From: Octopus bimaculoides
Taxonomy: Eukaryota
Direction: 5' to 3'
Length of the DNA: 63,955 nt
NCBI RefSeq assembly: GCF_001194135.2
Contig: NC_068983.1
Location: 18,923,632 to 18,987,586, forward strand
Shown: positions 1-13,117 of the stretch, piece after piece
How positions within the stretch are numbered: position 1 is the stretch's first letter
How the letters are laid out: each line of letters opens with the position of its first letter
Notes under the pieces: generated by a model
What the model saw: only the letters and a program-made list of their open reading frames with translations
What the model was told of the DNA's origin: nothing
The model's database searches: none
Translations under genes and position numbers: made by a program

Positions 1-29
1 ATATATATATATATATATATACATACATA

Positions 30-187
30 CGACAGGCTTCTTTCAGTTTCCGTCTACCAAATCCACTCACAAGGCATTGGTCGGTCCGAGGCTATAGTAG
101 AAGACACTTGCCCAAGATGTCACGCAGTGGGACTGAACCCGGGACCATGTGGTTGGTAAGCAAGCTACTTACCACACAGCCACTCCT
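30..187 (-). mobile_element. SINE family A (tRNA-like head), 5' half
   Basis: Reverse complement reads AGGAGTGGCTGTGTGGTAAGTAGCTTGCTTACCAACCACATGGTCCCGGGTTCAGTCCC..., nearly identical to the copy at 56951; it runs into the internal (TA)n at the window start. Confidence 0.9.
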
Positions 188-219
188 AATACCACCATAT
201 ATCGAAGTGATATTGCTTT

Positions 220-426
220 ATAATTTTGGCACAAGGTCAGCAAACTCCAGGGTGTGTCTAAATCGATGTAATTGACTCCAGAGTTCAAATGGTGCTTATT
301 GCATCGATCTCGAAATGAGGAAATACAATGTCGATCTCGGTGGCATTTGAATTCAGAGCGTACAGACGGACCAAATGCCACTAAGGAATTTATCAGCTCT
401 GCTAAAGATTCTGACCTCTCACCGCT
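220..426 (-). mobile_element. SINE family B, diverged copy
   Basis: Alignable by eye to the reverse complement of the 14053-14263 copy (tail AATTTTGGCACAAGG, central GTCGATCTCGGTGGCATTTGAATTCAGAGCGT). Confidence 0.7.
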
Positions 427-1311
427 TTATATCAAATAGATCTAATTAATCACGGATCACTGTATAAAAATTACCAACATATTAAATGAAATATACATCC
501 ATGCGTACACATTTTCAGGCCCTGTTGCGCTACATGATACTTTGAAACGTCATATAATCTCGCTGTGCTTCAAGCAACGCTTTATCGGTTGGATCCTGGT
601 TGACTGTGGAGTAAGGAAAATTAAGAAATGTGATATATAAAGGCATGTTAGTAATATCTAAACTTACCATTTTATATTATATTTACGTTGTACTTACGTT
701 GTAGTCATATGCATCATAGGGTACATCTATAACACAAGAGAATGTAAAACTCCACAATAATATACGGTTCCAATTTCAAATAATCTTTATATCTGAAATG
801 CATAAGACGTGTTAAAATATTTGAATAATAATCAACAATACTTTCGTCTAACACTGTGGTGTATATTCAATTTATGCCAGGTAGGAAATCAGTTGATATT
901 AGTAAAATCAAAGATGTGGCATATGTGACTTAACAATAAGCTAATTAATAAATACCTCTAGGGATCTGAATGTGACTTCATCGCTAAACAATTCGATTTG
1001 AGAACAGCAATTGCTTTGAGCTTGTAGCCAGCAATGTGTTTCATTTCAACTTCCAAATTGCCAACTGTCTGATCGTAATAAAAGTTAGCTGTAATTAATT
1101 ATCAACGCTCAAAAATATCATACAAAGACAAATGTATTAGAATGAAATTGAAGACAATATTAACTCTTCGATTTGTTATATGGAAATATATTAAAAAGAT
1201 TATAAGTATTCTTTTTTTAAATGTAAATAATATCATATAAAAAGGATTGAGCATATTCACCAAAATATACGCACTGGTGTATTAGACAATAGGAATAGTG
1301 ATATATTAGAC

Positions 1312-1313
1312 AA

Positions 1314-1396
<83 letters not shown>
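1312..1396. repeat. (ATT)n microsatellite
   Basis: Perfect trinucleotide array. Confidence 0.98.
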
Positions 1397-1397
<1 letters not shown>

Positions 1398-2944
1398 ATG
1401 TGTTAGCATATTGTATGTAGTGCTATGAGAAAATTGATGATTAGTTATGGGAATTCATTACAAAAATATCATTCATAAGGGTCCTTCAAACGTGGAATAA
1501 AACATGTAACAGCTCACCATGAAAGATAAAAGTGTATGGTGGGATAGCTAATTAGTTGATGAGTTTAAGCATGGGCCTGAATAATCTATGGTTATTTACA
1601 ACACTGCACACACTGTGCAGTGTTGTAATACCTATTATTGTGGTCACGTTTGTCTTCTATCAACACGGGGTCAATGAAAACTTCTTTCGCAGTACTGGTG
1701 GCGATATTTCACTCCTCCTAGAAGTGCTGCTGCAAAGGTTCAACCTCGTAACATTGTAAACTGCTGATATTGTTTCAAAATTGCTATACAAATATATACT
1801 GTAAATATACTGTAAATCTTTTTAATCACATAATAAGTTTCTATAATCAGGAACACTTTAAACTGAGGCATGGTCAGCCTTGAAAGTAACTATCTAAAAA
1901 ATATTAAACCCCCTCCAACTCTTTCTCTCTCAAACACACATCTATTTCTTCCAAAGTTTTAAAATCAACTACTTCCCACTTCCCTCTTCTCCTCCCCACA
2001 ATCCCTAATCTCTAAAAGTATTTAACATTACCCCGCGCCTTTGAGAACTAGCCAATTTACCTTAATTCTTCCCTACTCACACACCTCCATCCAATTCCAT
2101 ACTCCCCTATTGACCATAACACCTCGCCCCTCCATTGTCAACCCAATTTCTTTATCCCACTAACAACTACTTTTGACCACCTTCTCACTCTCCAGCTACT
2201 GAACTAGTCAACACATTTGCCTCAAATAATAGACATTCCTGTTTCTCTATTCCAGACTTTAATTCATACGAACTTTACATGTGATTTGCTTTCATTTTTA
2301 TATATATGTAAAACGTAATATGTTATACATGTATGTATACCGTCATTATTGTTTTTTTTTTAAAGAATAAATAGACATGATATAATGTCTAAAAGTTGAT
2401 AAATACCACCTCTTGATACCCTCCATTTTCTTATTTTCATATAAATTAAGGGGAAAACAACTTTTGGACTCACCCATTTGTTACATTCAGTAGCGTATTT
2501 CTATGCAATGAAAAAACAGTTGTGTATTAATAATTGGGTATTCTACCAGCAGTATGTTGGATAGTTATTATTCCTTAGTTGGTTGGATTCACAACCTCTA
2601 ACTCTCTTTGGAATTATATATATATATATATATATATATNNNNNNNNNNNNNNNNNNNNNNNNNNNNNNNNNNNNNNNNNNNNNNNNNNNNNNNNNNNNN
2701 NNNNNNNNNNNNNNNNNNNNNNNNNNNNNNNNNNNNNNNNNNNNNNNNNNNNNNNNNNNNNNNNNNNNNNNNNNNNNNNNNNNNNNNNNNNNNNNNNNNN
2801 NNNNNNNNNNNNNNNNNNNNNNNNNNNNNNNNNNNNNNNNNNNNNNNNATATATATATATATATATAAGATAATAAGAGTGAAAAACTACAGAAGCGTTG
2901 TGTTACATGGTTAAAGTATATATTTAAATTATGTCAGAAAAATG

Positions 2945-2984
<40 letters not shown>

Positions 2985-4635
2985 ATACATGGTGCAATCT
3001 TACTTGTGCGCACAAGCACGCGCCCGGAGTCATATACACACCCACTATTATCATGATAGCATTTACCCTCGATATCGGCAGTCAGTTAATGAGTTAATGC
3101 TTACAATTTAATAAAGTCTCATATAAGAAAACGCAAACGTACGCAAACATACACATACGCGCGCACACACACACACTTTCATATATATGTATAGTGAACA
3201 CAAAAGGTGTTTAAAATTTACGACAGTGCTTTCGGTAGAATTTTACTTATGTATTCATAACATAAAATCCACTATATTCAGATAAAATTTTAAACAGATA
3301 AGATGTGAAACAGGTGAGATCTTGTACGTAGAACGTTATGATATGATCTACAAAATACTGCAATAAAATTCTACAGAAACAGCTGTCATAAATCTTAAAC
3401 ACCATATGCATTCGATCTTTATAAATACTCTGCTCTTAGAACAAACTCAAGAGTCGGTTCCACGTTTATATTGGATTCAGCATCTTGAACTCTATGCTCT
3501 CATCTCTAGCCATTTCTAGCATCCCACGTTGATGTGCCTAGATGCTCCTGAGCCCTTATAGACAATATATATGTATATTATATATTAGTTCAGTTTATTT
3601 GCAAATCAGGACGCTGGTACATGAGTAATCACGAAAATAAATGCAACGGTTCATGCAAAAATGTGGGAGGTGTTTTTTACACCATTTTCCAATTTTGCTC
3701 TTAGTTGCAATGTATGTCACCAAGTGCAGTGTTTGTAGTGCACACACACATTCATGTATGTATGCACGTATGTATAATCCCGATGTATATATGTGTCGTT
3801 ATGTGTGTGTGTATGAGTGTATGTGTGCGAGCGTGTGTGAATACACGATACGTGTGTACGTTTTCAATAAATTTTGCTTGCGTTTGCACTGAATTGGCCA
3901 ATAACACTTTTTATTTTATTATCATGAAAGAATAATGGAATATCCGTCGTCGTCTACGATTGTTCTTTTAAATGAATAGAAAACACAAGCAGTGTTTCTT
4001 TCGAAGTATCGTTAATCTTTATTCACTATGAATTCAGCAATTAAATCGGTAGAAATTAAATACAGACTATATAACCTGAAATATTTAGAGCCAACAGTGA
4101 AGAAATTGTTTCATAAACAAAAACCAACACATTGTAATTTTGCTATGGTGATGACAGTTTCTTTAATCTGTTCAGATACTATTTCTGAAAGATTATGATA
4201 TTATTATTCAAAAGATACAAGGTAGATTCCCACTATATTATTTGGTTATATTTTGACAGATAAAACTGAAAAACAAAAACCAATTCAAAAAGTAGCAAAA
4301 GAAAAAAGAAATTGAAAGAAATAATTGAAATGATTTTCTCCTCGGATATGCTGCGAATTAATGAGTAGGCTTATATTAAGACTAGGAAGTGCTTCAAATA
4401 CAGGGCATTCATTTATAAGGAAAATTTAAATATGAAATATTGCTAGAAAGCAATTCCGTTTAAAAAGGGGTTAAACAAATCATTACAGAAACAAAATTTA
4501 AAAAAGTGAAAGGCTACAGAAACATACTCTACATAATAAACGAGAATCACACAAATACAAATATATAGTAGCAAACTACTTGTACGCGTTGATATAATAT
4601 TGACTAACAAGCACCCATCCACACACATACGCTCG

Positions 4636-4666
<31 letters not shown>

Positions 4667-4891
4667 ACACTTGTACATATGTATATATTTATGTGACTGA
4701 TTCTAATTTAATTGCTTTTGGCGATAGTTATATTTCCTCATAAACTACTCTATGGTTGACATATTTATGCCTTTTTCGGTAGGATGCGATGTGCCATGAA
4801 AATATAATAATTACACAAAGCCACAAAAAAAAAGAAACAAAAGAAAACAAACAAACACATACACACACAATCTAATATATAGATATGCCCT

Positions 4892-5107
4892 AAGGCAGTG
4901 AGTTGGTATAACAGTTAGGGCGTGGGGAAAATGCTTGGCAGTGTTTAAGCCGTCGTTACGTTCTAAGTTCAAATTTCGCTGAGGTCACCTCGCCTTTTAT
5001 TCCTTTTGACGTCTTTTGATAATAAGTACCGATTCAGCACAGTGGTCAATGTAATCAACTTCACGCCGCTCCCAAATTTGCTGGCCTTGTGTCAAAAATT
5101 GAAACCA
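4892..5107 (+). mobile_element. SINE family B, diverged full-length copy
   Basis: AAGGCAGTGAGTTGG head, CGTTCTAAGTTCAAATTTCGCTGAGGTC box-B-like region, GGCCTTGTGTCAAAAATTGAAACC tail. Confidence 0.75.
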
Positions 5108-5931
5108 ATATTTAGGTACACATGCACGTATAAATTCATATATTTACATGCACAGCTGACTAACAGAGAATCGTTTAACTGAACATTCTTTGTTTCTGTG
5201 TTACTAAAAAGGACAAGAGTCATCATGGGAACCTTTGCTGTGTTATGGCATGCTGGGTGTTAACAAATAGTTGAAATAGCATAAAAATTACAGGTCACAC
5301 AAAGCATTTTTAGATAAATATCTATTGACTTGGTTATACTGTAGAATGACAGACTCAGTTGCTGTAACACACACACATGCACACGCACGCACACATATAT
5401 GTGTGTGTATGTGGGCGTGTGTGTGTTCGTGGAAAATCAATATTCGCTTCGAATACTGTAATTCAGTTTTGTAATAGTCTTAATGTATGTCATTTTGCAT
5501 TTCTCCTATACTACCTTGAAATCTAAATGCGGATTTCAAAAGTATATTTTGAAATTGCTGTAACAATTTTCACTTATCAATGCATTTCTACAATTCAATT
5601 TGATATATGCCTGCCACATCTTTTTAAAAAGTACGTTAGAATCCATTCTTTATAGAGGAAATTATTGTTTAGAGTTCAAAATATATATCACACTGTATCA
5701 CATGATAAGATAATATCTAACATGAAATAACCATCTCTAGCATTTCAGCAATGTTAAATATAAATACCCAAAACTTGTATTTAGCTTACATATAATAAAT
5801 ATTTAGATACTACCTCAGTACTACCGTCTATGAAATAAGATGACTCTATATATTTTAATTCATATTAGTTTATATATTTAATTTAAAAATTCATACCAGG
5901 ATATGTTGGTCTAAAATAAATGAAGCACTTT

Positions 5932-6040
5932 TATGTATGTATGTATGTATGTATGTATGTATGTATGTATGTATGTATGTATGTATGTATGTATGTATGT
6001 ATGTACGTACGTACGTACGTATGTACGTATGTATGTATGC
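5932..6040. repeat. (TATG)n microsatellite
   Basis: Tetranucleotide array degenerating to TACG. Confidence 0.95.
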
Positions 6041-6162
6041 GTATATGTGTCTGAACTTATGTGTGGATGTTATATGGATTATTTGTTACTTGATTATCAT
6101 TTGCATATTCTCTACATTCTACTGGTAGGCTGCTTTTTATATCGTAATATTGTATAGCAGAT

Positions 6163-6314
6163 CGTTCTGAGTTCAAATTCCGCCGAAGTCAACTTTGCAT
6201 TTCATCCTTTCGGGGTCGATGAATTAAGTACCAGTTGCGTACAGGGTTTGATCTAATTGACTAGCCCCCTCCCTAAAATTTTCAGGCCTTGTTCCTAGAG
6301 TAGAAAAGAATATT
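6163..6314 (+). mobile_element. SINE family B, 5'-truncated copy
   Basis: CGTTCTGAGTTCAAATTCCGCCGAAGTCAACTTTGCATTTCATCCTTTCGGGGTCGAT... through TAGAAAAGAATATT. Confidence 0.85.
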
Positions 6315-7371
6315 GTATTGCAGATATGATTTTCATTTTAAAATTTGACTTTTTGCAACTGTCTGCGTGTTATTTAGTATTTTTTATGAAATGGTACACC
6401 ATACAGTGACGCTTCACTTGCAAACAACACAAGTTGACAGTATCTCCTCAGAAAACTACTCTAGGGTGGCCGGGCATTTCAAAAATTTATTTATCTTAAC
6501 GTTAATGGTTTTGAGTACCTACTTACTCTTCCTGCATTTCGTAATGTCTGCTCGATTCTATGAGTTTATATCTGCATTAAATTATTGAGTACTGGCTCTG
6601 TATTATATAAATTTATATGGAAACAGCAAAATCTGTTTTAAGGTACTAGATTTTAACTTGTGTGGAGCTTATGTTATACATGATGCTGGTTCATAATTCT
6701 CAGGTTCGGTCCCGGGAAGTTTTCAGAGGGAGTACACAAGGTCAGAAGGGAATATAATTCCAGGAGAAAAGAGGGTAATAACATTATTTAGAAGGGCGTA
6801 CTTCTTTCTTGGGGGCAGGGAGTGAGGCACGTGCCCCTCAGCCCTCCGCCTTGGGCTCATCTCTAATTCATGTAGATGGTTGATGTTTACAATATACGAA
6901 CGGGACTCATTGTAACCGAATCACTCGCTTTAGATCACGGAAAAAGAAACATCAGTGCATTGAAAGCAAACATTTTCAATCATGCGACATTTCATGCAAT
7001 TCTCGCAGCAACGCTTAATGTTAAAATTTCAGAATATTTTGCGATTTACTACGAAATTTCTTACTGCCAAAGTTCATAATATAAATGACCAATCTGTTAT
7101 AGGGTTCATTTATTCATCTTATTCTTCTGGGAAAATATGATATCCTCACAACCTGATACGATCAAAGTTTCGCTCAAGTCGAAAGGTCAAGTTTCAGGAA
7201 AATTGGAATAATGTTTGGAAAATATTATCTTTTGGTAAATAATATCCATCCATAATATTCTATGTGACTGCAAACACATGAGATACAATCATAGACAAGA
7301 ATCTTAGCATTCACGCCACACATAGGTACATACATATACACACCCACTGCCTCTAACTTTTTATTTGAAAA

Positions 7372-7606
7372 TAGTGGTTCTCAACCATTTTTTGCTTAGG
7401 GAGACATTTGATTCCTATTTTAATCTACTAAACCGTCATTGCCATTCAATGCATATACAATTCTTGTATTTCTGTATTGAAATATTATGGATTGTATAAA
7501 AAAATGAAATATGTTGTGTATTGTAGCAGTATATTCCTTATGAATTTTAACAACTAAATTTTATATGGACCCGCAAATTCATACGCACTCCAGTTGAGAA
7601 GCACTA
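7372..7606. mobile_element. hAT (Charlie-type) MITE, ~235 bp
   Basis: TIRs TAGTGGTTCTCAACC (7372) and AGTTGAGAAGCACTA (ends 7606) resemble the CAGTGGTTCTCAA termini of Charlie-type hATs; AT-rich non-coding interior; no clear 8-bp TSD. Confidence 0.7.
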
Positions 7607-7799
7607 TTATAAGGAATAAACAACTTTCAGAAAGTAAAAACGCAGACAGCTTATATTAATTCACAATGGCCCCCATATATGTGATATTATAACAAGTGAA
7701 TTGTAGCAAGGCTGCGTGATGATGATGTCAACATATTTTAATTCATAATGGCTCCAACATATGATATTATAACAAGAGAATTGCCGCAATGCCGATAAT

Positions 7800-7830
7800 G
7801 GCGTTAGACGTCACATCACGTGATTTGTTT
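7800..7830 (+). promoter_or_regulatory. Candidate promoter motifs (CRE-like AGACGTCA and E-box TCACGTGA)
   Basis: Motifs at 7806-7813 and 7816-7823, followed by a CpG-containing pyrimidine-rich tract and a strong donor AAG|GTAAGG at 8091/8092. Motif match only. Confidence 0.25.
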
Positions 7831-8439
7831 GTTCTTCTCTTCCAATTTATTTTGACATTCCCGTTGCGTTTTTATTTTTCGTTTCTGTTTTACGAATTCA
7901 GCGTCCATATTTACATTGTGCGTTCATACTTCTGTTTTCAGTTCCTACTCAAAAACGGTTTACAGATCACAACCATGTCACGAACATACTTTCGGGTAGA
8001 GGGCTTCGCGCTCCGATAGTTGTGAGTGACTAATATAAGTTTTAAAAATCAAGAATTCATTTCGTGGGAAGAATAATAGCCACTTTTAAAGGTAAGGTAC
8101 CATTTCTGTGGTCTGGAAACATGAGATATGGGAGGAAGGTATGTTTCCTTATGATATTTAATTATGACAGCATAATCATCAATAGTTATGAAGTATAGAA
8201 ATAGAAATAAAATGCCAATACTTTTCAGAAGTTGCATTACTGGAAACAGTAACATATTGAAAATAACTAGTGTGTCATTCCCATGGACTACAATTATGAC
8301 GCCATGTTAATTGACGAAAAACGAAAATGATAATTACTGAATTTGCAACGTCGCATTCTTATGTGCAATGATTAGGATCACCTTATGCACATATATGAAC
8401 CAATAATTGTTCAATCAAACAGTCAATCAATCAAACAAA

Positions 8440-8486
8440 CAATCAATCAAAAAATAAATCTATCTATCAATTCATCCATCCATCTA

Positions 8487-8525
<39 letters not shown>

Positions 8526-8563
8526 NNNNNNNNNNTCTATCTATCAATTCATCCATCCATCCA

Positions 8564-8598
<35 letters not shown>

Positions 8599-8631
8599 GT
8601 ATGTATGTACGTATGTATGTATGTATGTATG

Positions 8632-8667
<36 letters not shown>

Positions 8668-8670
8668 GAT
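8440..8670. repeat. Compound microsatellite (TCAA/TCCA/TC/TATG/TATC)
   Basis: Direct reading; interrupted by a 10-N gap. Confidence 0.9.
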
Positions 8671-9139
8671 CGATCGATCTATACGTCTGCACGTGTATAT
8701 GTCTGTTCACGTGTGTATCTGTCTGTTCACGTGTGCATGCGTATACGTATGTATGCGGACGTGCGTCTGTGTGTGCAGGAGCTACATCTGTGTGTGTCTA
8801 TGTGAAGAAATGCTGCGATAAAGAAGGAAGCACATACAACGGCGTTAACAAAAACTGAGGGGATAGCGCACATGTCTTTTGGATTGTATTTGATTTAGAA
8901 ATGAGCGTTCTTAGAATTCATCTTTAAATAAATAATTAATTATATGCATCACAGAAACTTATTATACAATTACTTTACATTTTCCCCGGAACATTACGTA
9001 TTAGTACACTGAGAAAAAATTGTTGAAACTGCTGTATCACAAGACTTGAACACTGTTTCATTAAGAGATTTTGACGACGCATAAATCAAACCTTTTTAAT
9101 GAATCGCTTTTATGAATAATGTTGCGTGATGTCTTTCAG

Positions 9140-9212
9140 AATCTATTGTAATCTAGGGACAAAGAATATAATTAATCATAACGAAGAGAAAGACCTTGGT
9201 GTGATCGTGAAA
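9140..9212 (+). mobile_element. Possible tiny CR1-type LINE RT remnant
   Basis: GAAGAGAAAGACCTTGGTGTGATCGTG encodes EEKDLGVIV, a motif typical of the C-terminal RT region of CR1-like LINEs; very short. Confidence 0.3.
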
Positions 9213-10572
9213 GAATTAAAAGACTCGGTAACTTGAGTTCTGTATTTTTTTACGCTTCTTCAGTACTTTCATTACTTTCATGATTTCTCTGTAAGAAAGT
9301 ATAATTTAACTTCATTTGAAAACTCACACACATCATTCGTTCAGTAGGACACACATACACACATGCAGACGCACATACACACAAACGCTCGCACACACAT
9401 ATACGCACACACACACATAATTGATAAGAAATAATAAATAACTAGGACTTCTCGAAATTGCACAGTATCTGAACATTTCTTTTTCCTTTAATTAATGATT
9501 AGAATTCATCATTGAAAAAGAAATTAATGAACACTATTTTTTCATTCATTATACGATGCCTCATTTCCTTATTCTTATTTCCAACTATTTAATTGTTGTT
9601 TTACTGTTTATCAGAAGGAATTCTTAAATTTCTCTGGTGACATAACGTTTCCTGGCTGCAAGCATTGTTGAAGCATACATAGAATTTCTTGAACGTGATT
9701 TAATATCTATCTGCCACTTTCCTCCATAGATTTATGGCATTTTTATCCCTGACTACCGTATTTTCCTTCCTCGCCGATTGCTTTACTACTTACGATATTA
9801 TTACCGTATTGTTTTTATTATTATCTTTTGCAATTTGTCTTTACAGGTATTAGTTTTCATCTTAGATTGCATGAATGAGAAAGAAATACCTCTTCTGCTT
9901 TTGTAAGTGTATAGAAAAAAAAAAAGAACGTTGCTTCATTGTTTATTTCCATTTATTTACTTTTCAATTAAAATACTTTATTTATTTGTTATGCAGATCT
10001 CCTAATCCTTAAAATTGAATTTCGGAAGCTCAATAAATTTATGCATACAATTCTATTTCTAATTGATTTTCCTTAGAATCCCACCGTTTTTTCTCGTTAT
10101 ATCTATTTTTTCTATATATCAATTTCTTTTATTTAGACGTTGATGGCTACTATATTTATATATTCAACCTATGGGATTTTGAGGATAACCAGAATCGATT
10201 TACTGATCATTACATGTTTAAGATTATATATCAACGGGTGACCAAGCGATAATTCTTTCCTCTATATATTTTAAAGACGTAGTGATAGTTAAGATTCATG
10301 CTTCTAACTCTCAATTGTTTGTTATTCTATCCTATATAGAAATTATATGACAAAAACACAATTGAAGGGATTTTAAGTAAGAAAATTAAGCTCGATATCT
10401 CATTACTGCAAGGCATTTTGTACAATACGCCACAAATTCTGCCACACTGTAGCCGTTTGATTTACCCATAATTAATTAACCTATGCTGATTTTTTCATTA
10501 TATAGTATCTCAAAGATTCTTACCTGTCTAAGTGCCTTCAGCTGTCAATTGATATTCGTTGTTGCTGTTGCT

Positions 10573-10797
10573 CTTCTTCTTCTTCTTCTTCTTCTTCTTC
10601 TTCTTCTTCTTCTTCTTCTTCTTCTTCTTCTTCTTCTTGTTTACCTGTTCGTCTTCCCCTTTTCATGTTCTTCATCTATCATCATCATCATCGTCAACAT
10701 CATCGTCATCATCGTCGTCGTCGTCACCACCACCACCACGATCCTCCTCCTCCTCCTCCTCCTTCTCATCATCATCATCATCATCATCATCATCTTC
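10573..10797. repeat. Compound trinucleotide array (CTT)n-(CAT/CGT/CAC/CCT)n
   Basis: Direct reading. Confidence 0.95.
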
Positions 10798-11863
10798 AGA
10801 GTAAATGATTGTGTTGGTATGCACATTATACTGATGCATATTTTTCTGAGCTTTATTCAGTTCCCGTAACGTCGAGTCTAAATTTCTTACATTAATGTTT
10901 TTCAAATATGTATAACCAATAGCTCCAAATGTAGGTTACGGGATACCTTTAGCTGACCTTCACAGTAAAAAGGGTTTGTTAAATGATATTTTCAATGAAT
11001 ATGTACAAGTTGTTTTCAACGTATTCTATCCGGTAGGCCCATACAACCTTTAAAAACGTTATAGGTTTTGCATATAACATAAACTGGGTTAGAAAACATG
11101 TTATGAACTCAATGTATTCACTCAATTCAATAAATCTACATCTATGCGTCATTGTTTCACATTTACAATGACCACATGAAGACTTTTAGCTACAACGTGT
11201 TCTGCTCGTTGAATTGCAGAGGCGATACAGATGGAATGGAGGCACAAAGTGAAAACAACATACATGTGTGAATATCATTATATTTCTTCCTTTATTAATT
11301 TACTACAATATTGCTGGGATTCGTTTTAGCCAATGTATATAGGGAAACATCCTTTATATAGGAATACGCTTTATAAGATTGCTGGCTGGCCACGAGTAAA
11401 TACCTTATGTACTTTTCATGCACACTGAATTATAAAGGCAATATCCCTCACATATATATATATATTTAATTATCATTCTTGCACAAAATCATACCCACCC
11501 CCAATCACTCGTGCGTGAAAAGGTGTAGTCCTTTAGTAGCATAGCTAAGAGAGTTACCGTTAGTTAATGTTTCACATAAACACGTGAGCAAAATTACTCA
11601 GGAGAAAATTGTGAATATATAAACAAAAATAATTAATTGGAGAAAAATACAAAATAAAGAAGCAAATATCTAAACTCGAACTCCACCGACAAAGCATACA
11701 GAAATCAATAAAAAATTCTATGTACAATCTTAAGAAATGACACAGCACACCACTGAAGTACATCATACAACCAAATGAATGGGGCAGAAAAAAAAGAACG
11801 TACCAATGCATGACAGCCAGTTTTTAAATACAGAGAGTAGAACGCTGTTAGAGATAGAGAGAT

Positions 11864-11901
<38 letters not shown>

Positions 11902-12254
11902 TGAGAGATGTGAGGAGAGAGAGACAGAGAAAGAATAAAATGTGAAAGTGAGAAAGACAGAGAGAGTGAACTTGAGGGAGAAACAGAGAGTAAGAGTGAG
12001 AAAGACAGAGGCTGAGTGAAACTGAGACAAACTTTACTTCACATATATTTTCAGTTTTCAGCTTTGAATATCCTTATCATCTATCCATTTACCTGCATCT
12101 TATGCTTAAATCTATACTTGTTTTTTTTTTATTCACGATATGCATATCCGTTGTTTTCAGTGTTTCAAAATATAGTATTATTCAGCAGCACATACAATAC
12201 AATTTTTACTATCATACAATACAAATTTTAACATCATTTGCTCGATTTTCCTAG

Positions 12255-12470
12255 TTAGACGCTGCGTACCATGTTCTCTTACTTGAGGGTGCGTGTTGGT
12301 TGACGGCGTGTGTTGGTAGATCACATGACACCTGGTCGCGGCACATGATGAGATTTGTCGCTGAGAGGGGATGGTAACCTGGGAGGACCTGGGAATATAC
12401 TGACACATGGTGAATGCAGTAATGCGCTGCTACGGCGCATGCTCCCACCTCAGATCTGTTCTAGTGCAGC
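12255..12470 (+). mobile_element. RTE-clade (Expander-like) LINE 3' end fragment
   Basis: Translates to DAAYHVLLLEGACWLTACVGRSHDTWSRHM... (degenerate version of the RTE ORF2 C-terminus D-P-A-H-x-V-L...GRP-x-x-TW) and ends GCGCTGCTACGGCGCATGCTCCCACCT, like RTE 3' termini. Confidence 0.55.
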
Positions 12471-12930
12471 CAGAGAAGTTGTTTATCGGTATTACATTTT
12501 TGACACGTGGTTATATTCTCATATAAAGAATTAACATGGTCGTATCATTACGTTTAATTTTTTTCCCTTCATCAACCGAGGCAATATTTGATGCTATATA
12601 GCTTTGGGATAGTTACCCAATTTCTCTTTAATAAATCGTTGTTTTAACATTTCTGGAAGAATGCAGTGAAAAAGTATTGGTGTTTCTACAAAACGTATTT
12701 CTTTATATATGATTGTGTGATGTAATATTTGTTTGCTCTCGTTGTGCCACTGTAACTTAATTACGTTTAGTAGTTTCGGTGGTGAGGTGATTGTCGACTA
12801 ACCCGAGAACATTTGAAGTGTATTGCATTTCATAAAACCAGTCCAATGATACGAAGATGATAGTTTTATTATTTTACAAACTGCGTTTTAAGGAATCTAG
12901 AGCAACATACTTTATTTGTCCTAACACTAA

Positions 12931-13117
12931 AACGGCGAGATGGCAGAATCGTTAGCATTCCGGGCAAATTGCTTAGCAGTACTCCATCCGTCTTTACTTT
13001 CTGAGTTCAAATTCCACCGAAGCCGACTTTGCCTTTCATATTTTCGAGGGTCAATAAATTAAACACCAGTCATGTACTAGGGTCGATATAATCAACTAAC
13101 TCACTCCCACCAAATTT
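12931..13117 (+). mobile_element. SINE family B copy
   Basis: ACGGCGAGATGGCAGAATCGTTAGCATTCCGGGCAAATTGCTTAGC head plus central domain. Confidence 0.8.

Noticed and set aside
6700-6866. GC-rich possible MITE (CAGGTTCGGTCCC...GGGCTCATCTCTA)
   Set aside because: Terminal inverted repeats and TSD are too degenerate to support a call.
8440-8600. Direct repeat of TATCTATCAATTCATCCATCC...(TC)n
   Set aside because: The copies flank a 10-N gap; probably overlapping contig ends or alleles (assembly artefact).
10672-10905. Acidic ORF MKNINVRNLD...DDDD as a real protein
   Set aside because: Most of its length is the compound trinucleotide array; no splice or homology support.
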